DNA from: Bacteroides phage crAss002
Sequence record: MN917146.1
Reading direction: 5' to 3' (one strand)
Length of the DNA: 40,000 nt
Shown: positions 29,078 to 39,600 of the stretch, one piece after another
Layout: each line of letters starts with the position of its first letter
How positions within the stretch are numbered: position 1 is the first letter of the stretch
The notes under the pieces: model-generated
Databases searched by the model: none
The model's input: the letters and a program-made list of their open reading frames with translations, nothing else
Told to the model about the DNA's origin: nothing
Made by a program: the position numbers and the translations under genes

Positions 29078-32000
29078 TACTGGACTTGGTATAGGTATCG
29101 GTATTCCTTTTAAGAACAATGCTCTTGGTGGAGATAAGCCTTATTTTCCACCAGAGCTTAAAGCTCGAATGATTGGTGTTTGGACTAATTATGGTAAGAA
29201 GAATACTGATACTGATAGGAATATTATTAAGAATAAGATTCCTAATGCTGGCGGAGATTTAGAGATTCTAAATGCTGCATATAAATTAAATAGTGGATTC
29301 GGAGAATATAGCGAAGATTTTACTACTTGGACTAAAAGTAGTAAGATAACTTCTGTTGATTCCGAATCTTTTAGTTTTGCTAGTAATGTTATTTATAGTT
29401 TACTATATTATAAATCTAATATTGGAAAAGATATTCCTTCTTTTAAGATTCGTATTAAACTTGATAAGAAAGGCGGTGATTTGTATTATAATTATATTAA
29501 CTCCGAGGGAAGATTTATTAATACAATTATTACAGGGGAAGAATATGTAACTCCTGTTAGTTATAATACTAAATATATTGGCAAAACTCCTGTAAATTGC
29601 GGATTCTCTGTTACCAATATTACTAACGAATGTAGTGGAACTATAACTCAAATTCCAAACTTTGAAGATGCTTTTGTTACTGATGGAGTAAATGACCTTA
29701 TAATAAGTCAAAAGACAGTTAAAGAAATGATAGGTGATAATGATGAAATTACTGTCATTAGTATGATTTATTATATAAATACCGATGTTCCTGCTAGAAT
29801 TAGTATTACTAATGATGTTAGAGGTATGACGGCAGAAGATAAATCTTCACAAGTATTTGCTAGAAACGAAGTAAAAATAGAAGGTGTAGGAAAATTAGGT
29901 ATATATGGTTGGAGTAAAAAGGGAGCTAGTACTACTGTTTATCCTTATTTTAATATATTAGGAGATAAGACTGATTATGGATTTAGTGCAAATTATGGAT
30001 TAACTGATGATGCTAAGTTTTGTCCTGTTGGAGAACCTAGTTTAAGATTTATGTCTAAGCAAGCTCACTATTGGTCTTTCATGGTTATTGGTAAGTTAAC
30101 TGAAGATGAAATCAATCTTATCATTGGTAACTATAATCTTGACCGTAGTCTTAAACCTGATATATTATGTAATATAGGTAAACAAGGCATTACTAATGAA
30201 AATCATGCTGACTTCAATGATAAGTTAGTTGATTATAGTGGTAATGGCAGAGATATACAAATGTATAATCTAGCTTGGAAAGGCGGTAGTGGTGTTGCAG
30301 CTAAGAAGTTTGAGACTATTAAAGATTATCTTATTGTTCCTGATGAAGGATTACAGGAATTAACTATCTATAATGAATTTAGTTATAAAGTAAAATCTAT
30401 TAAACATGCAGATAGATATTGGACTGTTCAAAGTTTGAATAAGACAGATGTTTCTTATCCAATAACTATTATTGCAGATAAAGATATTATTTGGAAAAAT
30501 ATTTTAAATTATACTGATGAAAACGGTGTAAAAGGTAGTATAAAAAAAGAAACAAATGTTCCTGCTAATGTTCCTACTCAAATACAAGTTCTTGGATTTA
30601 ATGATTTTGATGTTCCTGATAATTATACTAAAGTAAATTGTGTTTCTCATGCTACTAGAGCAGATATTACTGAATTTACAGTAACATTTATTCCTAGTTA
30701 TAAAGGAGGTATTCTATTAGACGGAATAAATGACTTCGGGCAGTTTGTAGGAGACTTGGGATTGAAGGATTATACTTTGATTATGAATAGAGCATATAAT
30801 AATCTTATTAATAATCAAGTGCCTTTAATAAGTTCTAATATAGTTGAAGATCAAACTCCATTTATAGTAGAACATTGGAATACTGGTTCTAATGCTATAT
30901 CATTTAGTTATGGTGCATCACGTACTACTGATATTCCACTAGATATAAATAAAAAGATAGTATATCAGTCTACTTATTCATATATGGGATATGTTATACC
31001 TAAGGGAAATGCAATCTCCACAGGGAATGGTATTACATTAGGTAAATTTGGTAATGGAGTACAATATTCTGCTATATGTCTTTGGTCTTTAATGCTCTTC
31101 CCCTATAGTATGTCAGAATTCTTGATAGAGCGTCAGTTGAAGAAGCACAAGCTGGGTACGCTGTATCCGGATATGGTGGAGTTTAGACCTGTTATCAATA
31201 GTAACGTTTTATTAGATGCTAAGCCAACATTCGTTATTCGTGGTACTAGTACTTATCTAAATGCAGGAGATTATGTTCCTGAAAATAGTCAAATATGGGT
31301 AAGTATTAAGATGAATAACATTGCCGATAGAATAACTAAGTTTACTGTTAATGGCAAAACTATTGATATTCCTAAAAATGCTTATAGTGAAGTCACATTG
31401 CAATATGGTTTCCCTTTTGTAATAGATAAGTCTCCACAGAAGATTACTATGACTATTGAACAGGATGAAAACTACGTAAAATTTGAACCTGTTATTACAA
31501 GTAATGTAGAATATGTTAGGTTAGATTTTTATTTAAATAATTATGAAAAGAGAATTAATATAGGCGATTATATACCTAAAGATGCTTATATTAGAGCCAA
31601 TTTTTATCTAAAAAATAATGTTGATGAACTTACAGTATTTACATTTAACGGAGTAAATATTGATTATAGAAGAAGTTCCGTTGATGATACGGCTTTTAAT
31701 ATTGGCTCAATATATAATTATAATTTTCCGCAAGAAGTAAACATCACTATTGACGAGTACATCAGATACGAGGATATTGTGCAGCCGTATCCAAGTTTCG
31801 TTAAGTTAGAAAACCTAGATAGAACTTATACTTATACTTGGGGAGATAAGCTAAAAGTAGGAGATACTATCAGGTATAATTCATCTGTAAACCTATTAGA
31901 AGGAGCTTATACTTTAAAGGGTCAATTAGAGTGCAACGGTGTATATGTATATGATAATAATCAATATATTACTGTTGCTAAAGAGATGATATTTGCTTGG

Positions 32001-32660
32001 ACAAATAGCCCTATTTGGTCAATTGATGATAATGAACCAAAGTGTATCCTATCTCCTAGACTACTACGTATTCCTAACTCTAGCTATAAGATATTAGGAT
32101 ATATTCCTGATATATCCGGTCATGGTAATCATGGAGTTATTCATAACTCGGCTTATGCAGAAGGAAGTGGAGTAAATGAAGATGGTTCATACCAATTTGA
32201 TGGCGTGGACGACTTTGTTGCTATTCCTACTTTGTCTAGTGGAGGTAAACAGGTGTTGATGAAAGTGAATTGGCATGGAGCAGATGATGAAGTTCTTTAT
32301 GACCAAAGAAACTCTAATATACAAGGTAATTATGATTTAGCTATTTCTACATATCCAGATACAATAGCTTATAATTTTAGAAATGAAGGAGGGAAAACTT
32401 TTATAGATGGAATATTAAATAGTCATATAATTACTAATAATCTAAAAAATATAACTCATAATATAAGTAGTATTAACGGTTATAACAATGATAATAATTC
32501 TACTATTTGTATAGGAAAAAGTGTATTCAATGATGCTTTCGCTCAAATGGCTCTCTACGACTTCATGCTCTTCGATAACGTCTCAACAGATGATAAGATT
32601 AAACAGCTGAATAAGTATGTAGGAATAGAAGGCAATACAGAATGGAGAAAGACGGAATAA
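29067..32660 (+). CDS. large tail/fibre protein with several LamG/ConA-like segments and a duplicated beta domain
   Basis: ATG 29067 (MGTNTGLGIGIGIPF); DGVND / DGINDF / DGVDDF segments; C-terminal LYDFMLFDN... Confidence 0.75.
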   Translation: MGTNTGLGIGIGIPFKNNALGGDKPYFPPELKARMIGVWTNYGKKNTDTDRNIIKNKIPNAGGDLEILNAAYKLNSGFGEYSEDFTTWTKSSKITSVDSESFSFASNVIYSLLYYKSNIGKDIPSFKIRIKLDKKGGDLYYNYINSEGRFINTIITGEEYVTPVSYNTKYIGKTPVNCGFSVTNITNECSGTITQIPNFEDAFVTDGVNDLIISQKTVKEMIGDNDEITVISMIYYINTDVPARISITNDVRGMTAEDKSSQVFARNEVKIEGVGKLGIYGWSKKGASTTVYPYFNILGDKTDYGFSANYGLTDDAKFCPVGEPSLRFMSKQAHYWSFMVIGKLTEDEINLIIGNYNLDRSLKPDILCNIGKQGITNENHADFNDKLVDYSGNGRDIQMYNLAWKGGSGVAAKKFETIKDYLIVPDEGLQELTIYNEFSYKVKSIKHADRYWTVQSLNKTDVSYPITIIADKDIIWKNILNYTDENGVKGSIKKETNVPANVPTQIQVLGFNDFDVPDNYTKVNCVSHATRADITEFTVTFIPSYKGGILLDGINDFGQFVGDLGLKDYTLIMNRAYNNLINNQVPLISSNIVEDQTPFIVEHWNTGSNAISFSYGASRTTDIPLDINKKIVYQSTYSYMGYVIPKGNAISTGNGITLGKFGNGVQYSAICLWSLMLFPYSMSEFLIERQLKKHKLGTLYPDMVEFRPVINSNVLLDAKPTFVIRGTSTYLNAGDYVPENSQIWVSIKMNNIADRITKFTVNGKTIDIPKNAYSEVTLQYGFPFVIDKSPQKITMTIEQDENYVKFEPVITSNVEYVRLDFYLNNYEKRINIGDYIPKDAYIRANFYLKNNVDELTVFTFNGVNIDYRRSSVDDTAFNIGSIYNYNFPQEVNITIDEYIRYEDIVQPYPSFVKLENLDRTYTYTWGDKLKVGDTIRYNSSVNLLEGAYTLKGQLECNGVYVYDNNQYITVAKEMIFAWTNSPIWSIDDNEPKCILSPRLLRIPNSSYKILGYIPDISGHGNHGVIHNSAYAEGSGVNEDGSYQFDGVDDFVAIPTLSSGGKQVLMKVNWHGADDEVLYDQRNSNIQGNYDLAISTYPDTIAYNFRNEGGKTFIDGILNSHIITNNLKNITHNISSINGYNNDNNSTICIGKSVFNDAFAQMALYDFMLFDNVSTDDKIKQLNKYVGIEGNTEWRKTE

Positions 32661-32698
32661 TTGATTTAAATAACCCAATATTTATAAAAAATGAATAA

Positions 32699-32797
32699 AT
32701 GAAAATAATGCCTTATAAACTACTTAAAGTAGTTTATATAATACTTGCTATAATTGCAGTAGTTATGTATACATTAAGTTTAATATTTAATATTTAA
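32699..32797 (+). CDS. 32-aa putative single-TM peptide
   Basis: MKIMPYKLLKVVYIILAIIAVVMYTLSLIFNI, fills most of the gap between two genes; below the track's size cutoff. Confidence 0.4.
   Translation: MKIMPYKLLKVVYIILAIIAVVMYTLSLIFNI
32714..32738. repeat. 25-nt perfect palindrome, 12-bp arms and 1-nt centre
   Basis: TATAAACTACTT-A-AAGTAGTTTATA. Confidence 0.9.
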
Positions 32798-32802
32798 AGA
32801 TT

Positions 32803-33114
32803 ATGATTGATTACATTGTATTTCCTGTTGCTGATATAGATGAAGAGAAGTCAGCAAAGATTGACGAACTTAATTTAGTTCCTCGTAGTAATGTTAGTAA
32901 AGACAAAGTATTGATGAAGTGCCAACATTATAAAGAAGTGTTTCCTGAAAAAGTAACTAGAACAGTTACTACTGATGAAGAAGGATTGGAAATTATTAGT
33001 ATTGAATATCCTTATGAAACTTATTCTAATGAAGCACTTGCTACTTTATTGTCAAGTCCTGAATGGAATTTTAAAGAAGATGAGGTAATAGAAGATTCCC
33101 CCATAGAGGAATGA
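32803..33114 (+). CDS. hypothetical acidic protein
   Basis: 103-aa ORF, ATG start, followed by terminator. Confidence 0.6.
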   Translation: MIDYIVFPVADIDEEKSAKIDELNLVPRSNVSKDKVLMKCQHYKEVFPEKVTRTVTTDEEGLEIISIEYPYETYSNEALATLLSSPEWNFKEDEVIEDSPIEE

Positions 33115-33136
33115 CATTACTTTATTGCTTAACTCT

Positions 33137-33170
33137 AAGCCCTGCTTATAACAAGTAGGGCTTTTATTTT
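33137..33170 (+). terminator. Rho-independent terminator
   Basis: AAGCCCTGCTT 33137-33147 / AAGTAGGGCTT 33153-33163 with one G-U pair, then TTATTTT. Confidence 0.85.
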
Positions 33171-33372
33171 GTTCATTGATGTTTATGTAGCTATTAATGC
33201 TCAATATCACGACTACTGTGAACTATTCGAGAAGTGGTTCGGAAAAGGAAACTTTGACGATATGATATTCGAAAGTGCTATCAGCTTTTGGTTTGATGAT
33301 GTAGACTTCGGAGAAGATAAACTCTGGAAATACTTTAATGAATTGAAGTAATACAAGTTCTGTTATATTCCT

Positions 33373-33414
33373 AAAGAGAGATTACTAAATAATAGTAGTC
33401 TCTCTTTTCTTTTT
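33373..33414 (+). terminator. second Rho-independent terminator
   Basis: AGAGAGATTACT / AGTAGTCTCTCT 12-bp stem with one G-U, then TTTCTTTTT. Confidence 0.8.
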
Positions 33415-33426
33415 AAAATAAAGTTT

Positions 33427-33434
33427 TATATTTG
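33427..33434 (+). promoter_or_regulatory. Bacteroidales-type -7 element (TAnnTTTG) candidate
   Basis: TATATTTG about 27 nt upstream of ATG 33461, right after a terminator; no clear TTG -33 box. Confidence 0.4.
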
Positions 33435-33460
33435 CGCCTGTAATATAAAACTTAATGCTT

Positions 33461-33628
33461 ATGGGAATATTTGTTAAAGTATTGTTTGTAACTATAATAG
33501 CTATTACTATTATAGTATTCGCATGGAAAGAGATTACTAATATCCTTCCTGTGAAGGTTGTGTCTTATGTAAAGATAGCAGGTGTGCTATTAAGTGTTAT
33601 TTTAGGTACTCTATTATTCTTATTGTAA
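33461..33628 (+). CDS. 55-aa putative two-TM membrane protein
   Basis: MGIFVKVLFVTIIAITIIVFAWKEITNILPVKVVSYVKIAGVLLSVILGTLLFLL; abuts the next gene, omitted from the ORF track because of length. Confidence 0.6.
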   Translation: MGIFVKVLFVTIIAITIIVFAWKEITNILPVKVVSYVKIAGVLLSVILGTLLFLL

Positions 33629-33629
33629 T

Positions 33630-33986
33630 ATGGACTTCGGGAATATACTTAATGAAATTCTACGTACTACTGCTACTAGTTTCGATTTCGCATTTGCTAT
33701 CTGTGTTAATGTACTAGCATACCTAGTAATTAAACTAGTTGACAAACTTAATGGAGATAAAGTAGTAAGTACTTGGAATAAAAGAGTGATAACTCTTGTA
33801 TGCGCTGTATTAATGGGAGTAATATACTTTTCATTAAAGTTAGGTGATGTTAAAGTAGTACTTAATTCTATTATTCTTAGTTTTATATTTTGGAGTTGGA
33901 TTCTAAAACCAATATTCGCCTTCTTCAAGATAGATTATAAGAAGTTTATAATAGAAGATGATGAACCTAATCAATATCCAAAGTAA
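33630..33986 (+). CDS. multi-TM membrane protein, holin candidate
   Basis: 118 aa with 3-4 hydrophobic segments (FAFAICVNVLAYLVIKLV, VITLVCAVLMGVIYFSL, VVLNSIILSFIFWSWIL). Confidence 0.55.
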   Translation: MDFGNILNEILRTTATSFDFAFAICVNVLAYLVIKLVDKLNGDKVVSTWNKRVITLVCAVLMGVIYFSLKLGDVKVVLNSIILSFIFWSWILKPIFAFFKIDYKKFIIEDDEPNQYPK

Positions 33987-34009
33987 GTACTATTAGTGAG
34001 AGTAGTAAG

Positions 34010-34044
34010 TGAGAGCCGGCTAGCAATGGTCGGCTCTTACAGTA
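34010..34044 (+). other. imperfect hairpin in long non-coding region
   Basis: GTAAG(TGA)GAGCCGGC ... GTCGGCTCTTAC pairs around AGCAATG-type loop. Confidence 0.5.
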
Positions 34045-34275
34045 TACACGCTCCTTTATGGGGGAATAAAAACTACGTCCCACGCTCCTACGCTTTCACA
34101 GAAGCCCACCATTGCATTTTAGTGTCTAACCTTAACTTACTATTATCCGATAGACTTGCGTGTCTCTATGAGCCTTAAAATGCGTCATGTGTATAAAAAT
34201 GTTTACAATGCGAATAACTGTAAGCTAGATAGTAAGCTAGATAATAGTGCTGAATCAAAATTATTAATAAAAGTC

Positions 34276-34305
34276 TTGTTAATACCAATATAATAACTAT
34301 ATTTG
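34276..34305 (+). promoter_or_regulatory. Bacteroidales-type promoter candidate
   Basis: TTG at 34276-34278, 19-nt spacer, TATATTTG at 34298-34305; next gene starts 34336. Confidence 0.6.
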
Positions 34306-34335
34306 TTATAATACTAATTCAAAAACAAAAGTAAT

Positions 34336-35028
34336 ATGGCTTCATTAAATCAAATTGTATCTGAAATAGCTCATGCTATTCATCAGCCTAATAACTTTAC
34401 TACGAGACAAACTATTCGTAGTGCAGTTATTCATACATTCAATGAACAGATAAGACAGACTTATGAGCGTCATGCTAATGTCGATAAGATATTAATGCAG
34501 AGATATAGGATAAGTCTTATTAGTGTTCCTGACGGAGATATATTTCAAAGTCTTGTAAGTACGAAGTATAAAGTTAAAAGAAGCAAGACTAGAATACCTA
34601 GACCAGTTCGTCTTGATAATAATCTTCCTTTTGTTAGTGTTCGTACTGTTGGTTATGATAATATGGCTATTCCTTTTATTAAAGAAGCAAATGCTCAATT
34701 TTATAAAGCATTGCCAGGAATGTGTACTAGTCTAAGTTATGATTATATCAATGGTTATCTATATGTTAATAGCAATGGTAATCCTTTGATTGAACCACTA
34801 GGACATATTATTATTGAATCGCCTTTTGAAATACCTACTGAAATACCTGTTGAAACAACAGAAGGAGTTGAATCTAACTTCGATAATGATGATGAGTTTA
34901 TCATTCCCGAAGATATGGTAGAACGAATCAAAGACGTAATCTATAAACGTAATCTACTTAATGTAGAGAGAGTAACTAATGAAGTCCCAGTTAAGGATGA
35001 TATAAATAAACAACAAATAGAAGTATAA
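34336..35028 (+). CDS. tail/ring-type structural protein candidate
   Basis: 230 aa, first gene after promoter; order inference from crAss-like tail modules. Confidence 0.55.
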   Translation: MASLNQIVSEIAHAIHQPNNFTTRQTIRSAVIHTFNEQIRQTYERHANVDKILMQRYRISLISVPDGDIFQSLVSTKYKVKRSKTRIPRPVRLDNNLPFVSVRTVGYDNMAIPFIKEANAQFYKALPGMCTSLSYDYINGYLYVNSNGNPLIEPLGHIIIESPFEIPTEIPVETTEGVESNFDNDDEFIIPEDMVERIKDVIYKRNLLNVERVTNEVPVKDDINKQQIEV

Positions 35029-35030
35029 TT

Positions 35031-36002
35031 ATGGCTAGCGGTGAAAGATACGACCACAGAAATATGTATACTAGTTTTATAAAGACAGCCGAAGAGGATT
35101 ATGTTCTCGTGTCTGAAAAGATAGCTAGATACAAATCTTTATTATATAAAATCAAATATTCTATTGAACAGAATAGAAATGCTATTGAAGCTATATTTGA
35201 TGTATGTGTCTATAACTATTGGGAATGGAATACTGACGAACTAGATGTTGATAGAAAGATGGAGACAGCAATAGATGCTAAGTTCGTTAAATTCGATTCT
35301 TCTAAACAATTAAGATACGGTAATATATATCGTAACTTAAAACAATACTTTAGAGTACTTCGTAAAATAAAAGAATATGAGATAAGACAACAGAGAATTA
35401 AACATCGTAAGAACATTACTCGTCCTCAATACGAAGCCTATTGCAAGTTATTCTTTAGAGAAGTATCTAAAGAAGTTCTAAGAGGAAAAGTTTATAAGTT
35501 TGAAAAGAGACTTGGTTGTCTTATCATAGAAAGAGTTATAGTTAGAGATAGTTTTACCACTGCTGATGGAAAAGTTGTTAAGTTCAAAAAAGTAATTGAC
35601 TATTATAAAACAGAACTAAACAAAAGAAATCTTCTTGCACAAGGACTTATTCCTTATAATAAAAAAGACCATGCAGCAGCCTTACTAAGAGGTGAAAAAT
35701 ACGAAGGAGTTAAATATGTGAAATATCTTGATAATCCTTATTATTGTAAGTTACTTATGATTGATGGTACAATTAAGAATAGACCATTGTTTAAATTCTA
35801 TGGAACTAATCTTCACATGAAGCGTAGTAACGATGATATACTATCTGAATGTAAGACTGTTGAAGATATTATTAATGTCGATACTGATATTAATAATCGT
35901 CTTTCTTTAATTAATAAGTTTGACCCAAGTTACACTATAAAATATATTAGAAATAATGAACAAAGAGCTATCTTCCGTAGAAACTATTATCGCAAGACTT
36001 GA
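35031..36002 (+). CDS. structural-module hypothetical protein
   Basis: 323 aa basic helical protein in the same operon. Confidence 0.6.
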   Translation: MASGERYDHRNMYTSFIKTAEEDYVLVSEKIARYKSLLYKIKYSIEQNRNAIEAIFDVCVYNYWEWNTDELDVDRKMETAIDAKFVKFDSSKQLRYGNIYRNLKQYFRVLRKIKEYEIRQQRIKHRKNITRPQYEAYCKLFFREVSKEVLRGKVYKFEKRLGCLIIERVIVRDSFTTADGKVVKFKKVIDYYKTELNKRNLLAQGLIPYNKKDHAAALLRGEKYEGVKYVKYLDNPYYCKLLMIDGTIKNRPLFKFYGTNLHMKRSNDDILSECKTVEDIINVDTDINNRLSLINKFDPSYTIKYIRNNEQRAIFRRNYYRKT

Positions 36003-36687
36003 TAATGATTTCAATATTATGAATAGTGATTATATACCTAGAGTGGGTGCTTGGTGTATAGATGCTATGAATGAGATGGGTATTCTTCAATATGAAGAAA
36101 AAGAAACTACTATTAATGTTGTTGATAGAGTTGCTTATTTTCCATGTTGTATGAATGCTTTTAAAGTTTATGTTGAGGGTTGCGAGATTTCCCCCTTAAA
36201 GAAAGGTGAATGTTCTTGCTCTTCCAGTACTACCGAGCATTTCGTTCAAGACAGAGAAAAAGCTAGAGAACGTGAAAGTAAGCGTACTGTCGAGATTGAC
36301 CCCGAAGGTTACGAAGGAAAGAATTACGTGTATCTTCGGGATGCTAATGCAATCCAATTAAACTTTGATGCTGATATTGTTACCGTATCCTATCTTACAG
36401 TTAAGACTGTATATAGTGATACGTTTCATTGTAATATACCCGTTATTCCTAATAACGGTAAACTTATTGAAGCACTTGAATGGTTCTGTATGTGGAAGCT
36501 ACTAAGTAGAGGAATTAAACATCAGGTCTATTCTTTACAAGGTGCTATGCCAGTTAATCCATATTTGTTATGGAGAGATTCTCGTGACAGAGCTAGAGCT
36601 TCTGTTATTAATGAAAATCAAGATGCTAACGCTTATAAAGGTTGGTCGTCATTCTTTTATAATTCAACATTTAGACCTAGAGACTAA
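35956..36687 (+). CDS. tail/ring-type structural protein candidate
   Basis: 243 aa, DYIPRVGAWCIDAMNEMGILQYEEKETTINVVDRVAYFPC; 47-nt overlap with upstream gene (or a shorter start). Confidence 0.6.
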   Translation: MNKELSSVETIIARLDNDFNIMNSDYIPRVGAWCIDAMNEMGILQYEEKETTINVVDRVAYFPCCMNAFKVYVEGCEISPLKKGECSCSSSTTEHFVQDREKARERESKRTVEIDPEGYEGKNYVYLRDANAIQLNFDADIVTVSYLTVKTVYSDTFHCNIPVIPNNGKLIEALEWFCMWKLLSRGIKHQVYSLQGAMPVNPYLLWRDSRDRARASVINENQDANAYKGWSSFFYNSTFRPRD

Positions 36688-39600
36688 TGGAAATAGTTAA
36701 AGAATTAAATAAAGATGATGGGTTAGAATTTATAAAGAATGGTTCTATTACCCATGCTGTAAATGTCATAGTTTCTAAAGATGGTAATTCTATTCAGAAT
36801 GAACAGTCTTTAGAAACTATTGTTACTTTAGATGAAAACGAAAGGATAGTAGGTATTATTCCTTGTGCTAAAGAACTTGTCATATTTACTGCTAGTAATA
36901 AGATATATCGTTATAATGAAGATAATAAAGAATTATCTTTAATTGAAGCATCTTGGAAATGGTATGGCGGAGAAGTATTTGGAACTTATACTTATAATAT
37001 TCGAGGTGATTTAATAATAGCTATTAGTGAACGTGATCCTAGAGAAGATGTTCCTCTTAAAGTTATTAATCTTAATAATGCTAATTTAGGTTCTGATAAT
37101 ATATTTACTTTAAATCCTGATATTCCTCAAACTACTGTTGTTGATTACGGTCAAGAATATGGTGGTAGAATGAGAAATGGAACTTATTTATTATTTATAA
37201 GATTTGAAATTAGTGATAATGAATTTAGTAGTTGGAAAGATTTAGGAGTAGTTATTTATCTATCCCCTAGTCTAACTAGTAATATAATATCTTCTGTAAC
37301 TCTTCAAGGACCTACTAATACTACTTCTACTTATGATATTAGAGACTATGCAAGAGAAGATATTGAATACAACGTTAATTCTATATTTGCTACTTTAAAT
37401 ATAGATAATAAAAGTGGAAATACTTTTAAATCTTTCCAAATAGCTTATATATGTACTTATAAAGATGGAAAAGAAGCATTTAATTTAGGTTCTTATTCAT
37501 TTAACGAATCAGGTACTTATAGAATATCAGGAAATCGTAGTAGTAAAGAATCTATTTCAGTAGATGAAGTTTTAATATCCGCTAATAACTTCAATCTTTA
37601 TAATGTAAAAACAATGTGTAACTATAATAATAGATTATATGTTGCTAATTATAAAGAAGAAACTCGTAAGTTAGATATTTCCAATATTGATACTAGTAGT
37701 ATTGCTGTTGGAGTATGTATGGAAGAAGATTACTATGGAAATAGATTAAATGATGGATATGTTTTAAATGTAGGTAAACCAATAGAAGATGAAGTATACA
37801 GATTCTATATTCATTATGTTCGTCCTGATGGTAGTTATACAGAAGGTATAGTAATTGAAAATAATAATTATCGTCATAAAAAAGACGATGGCACATGGGA
37901 GAAAATACCTGTTCAAATAGTTATAGGAAGATATTATAATACTTCAACAAATAAAGATGTTGATATTATGTTTGATTGTTATGATGATACTAAGGTATCT
38001 GATGTAAAAGCTGCAATCGAACAAGCTAAGATAGATTATCCCGGTTATTATTCTTCTACTATTAAGGATAAACTAGGACTTATAGATATGGCAGAAAAAG
38101 CTAAAATAGATTATTATTGGTTTAATCTTGACCCAAGATTTACTAATGGTAATACTACTCACGCTAGTCCGTATTGGAATATGATATTCTGTTGTCCTTA
38201 TACTAATAATAATGGAGATAGATTATTTAGAACTCCTCATAAGATTAAAGGAAACTTTACTTTTAGAGAAGTTCCTATGTATGAAGGTTTTGTAGGTTTC
38301 TTTATAAGTTATGAAGAAATACAAAGTATTCTTATATGTGATGGTATTCTTGACCAACATAGAGATATTGCAATAGGAATTAGTACTAGTAGTAAACTTC
38401 AAAGTAGTTTTAATAGTGTTATTCCTTATGGATATAGTTATCAGTTTTATTCTGATGATATATATGTATTAAAGAAAAGTGCTACTCCTAATGTATTTGT
38501 TGATTTAGGAGTATTTAGTTTTATGAATCGTGATGCTCAAAGTGCTAATGAAGGATGGGCTGCTAAATATATTGCTAAGGATTGTTTTCCGAGTTCTAAT
38601 AAAATAGCTAATATAGTAAATACAGACCCGTATTATAATATAGAAAATACTTATAATATGGGAGTATCTGCAAGTATTATAAGTAATACAGGGGGACAAT
38701 ATTATAAACTTACTTTTCCTTCCGTTGGAAAAGCAATAACTCCTGTAACTGTTAATGTTATGGATGATGGGAGTGCTATAAAATTAACTACTATTGGAAG
38801 ATTACTTTATGTAAGTCAAGAAATATATATTAAGAAAGAAGGAGTTAAATTAATTCGTTTAGGACAAACTAAATATATTAATGGAGAAATTACTCCTACT
38901 GGAAAGTATATGTATGGAGATAATCTACAAAAACAAAATGTTACAGGATTTGTATCCCTACAATCAGTTATCATATTTGATAGTGGTGGTGTTAAGTTTG
39001 TTGGAGATTGGTGTCCTAGATTTGGGGATGATTCTTTACAAGATGAAAGATTTTATAGGAGATATATAGATAACTTAAATCCTTCTGCTAATACTCGTGA
39101 TAATCTTCATATAAATGCAGTAGAATTTTATAAACAAACTCCTTATCTTCCTTCTGCTAAGATAATGAAGAATAATGTTCCTGAAGTTTATTTTACTTAT
39201 ACTAGTTTAGGTGTTATTAAAAATATTGGTAATAAGCAATTAACTGCCGCAACATTATTTGATTTATATGAAATAGCTTCTATGTATTACGATTATGCTA
39301 GACCTAACTTAAACGCTTATAATCCAAATGCAGTTAGTAATCAGATAACTACTTATGGTAAATTTATTCGTAGAAGTAATGTTTTACAATCTGAATCAAC
39401 TGCTAATGCTTGGAGACAATTTCCGGCTGATGGATATAAAGTAATAAGTGAAAATAAAGGAGACATAATTAATATACTTGGAATAGGTATTTATCTTATT
39501 GCTCATTGTGAACATTCGATGTTTATCTTTAATAGAGATTCCACTCTTGTTACTAAAGATAAAGACGTTCAAATGTATATGCCTGATGCTTTTGATACTG

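Noticed and set aside
17319-32660. Diversity-generating retroelement variable region in the large tail genes
   Set aside because: No reverse transcriptase or template-like near-repeat seen in the window; the repeats noted are ordinary domain duplications.
33996-34178. 60-aa ORF in the non-coding region
   Set aside because: Covers the hairpin and the GC-rich motif, and its composition is unlike neighbouring genes; more likely fortuitous.
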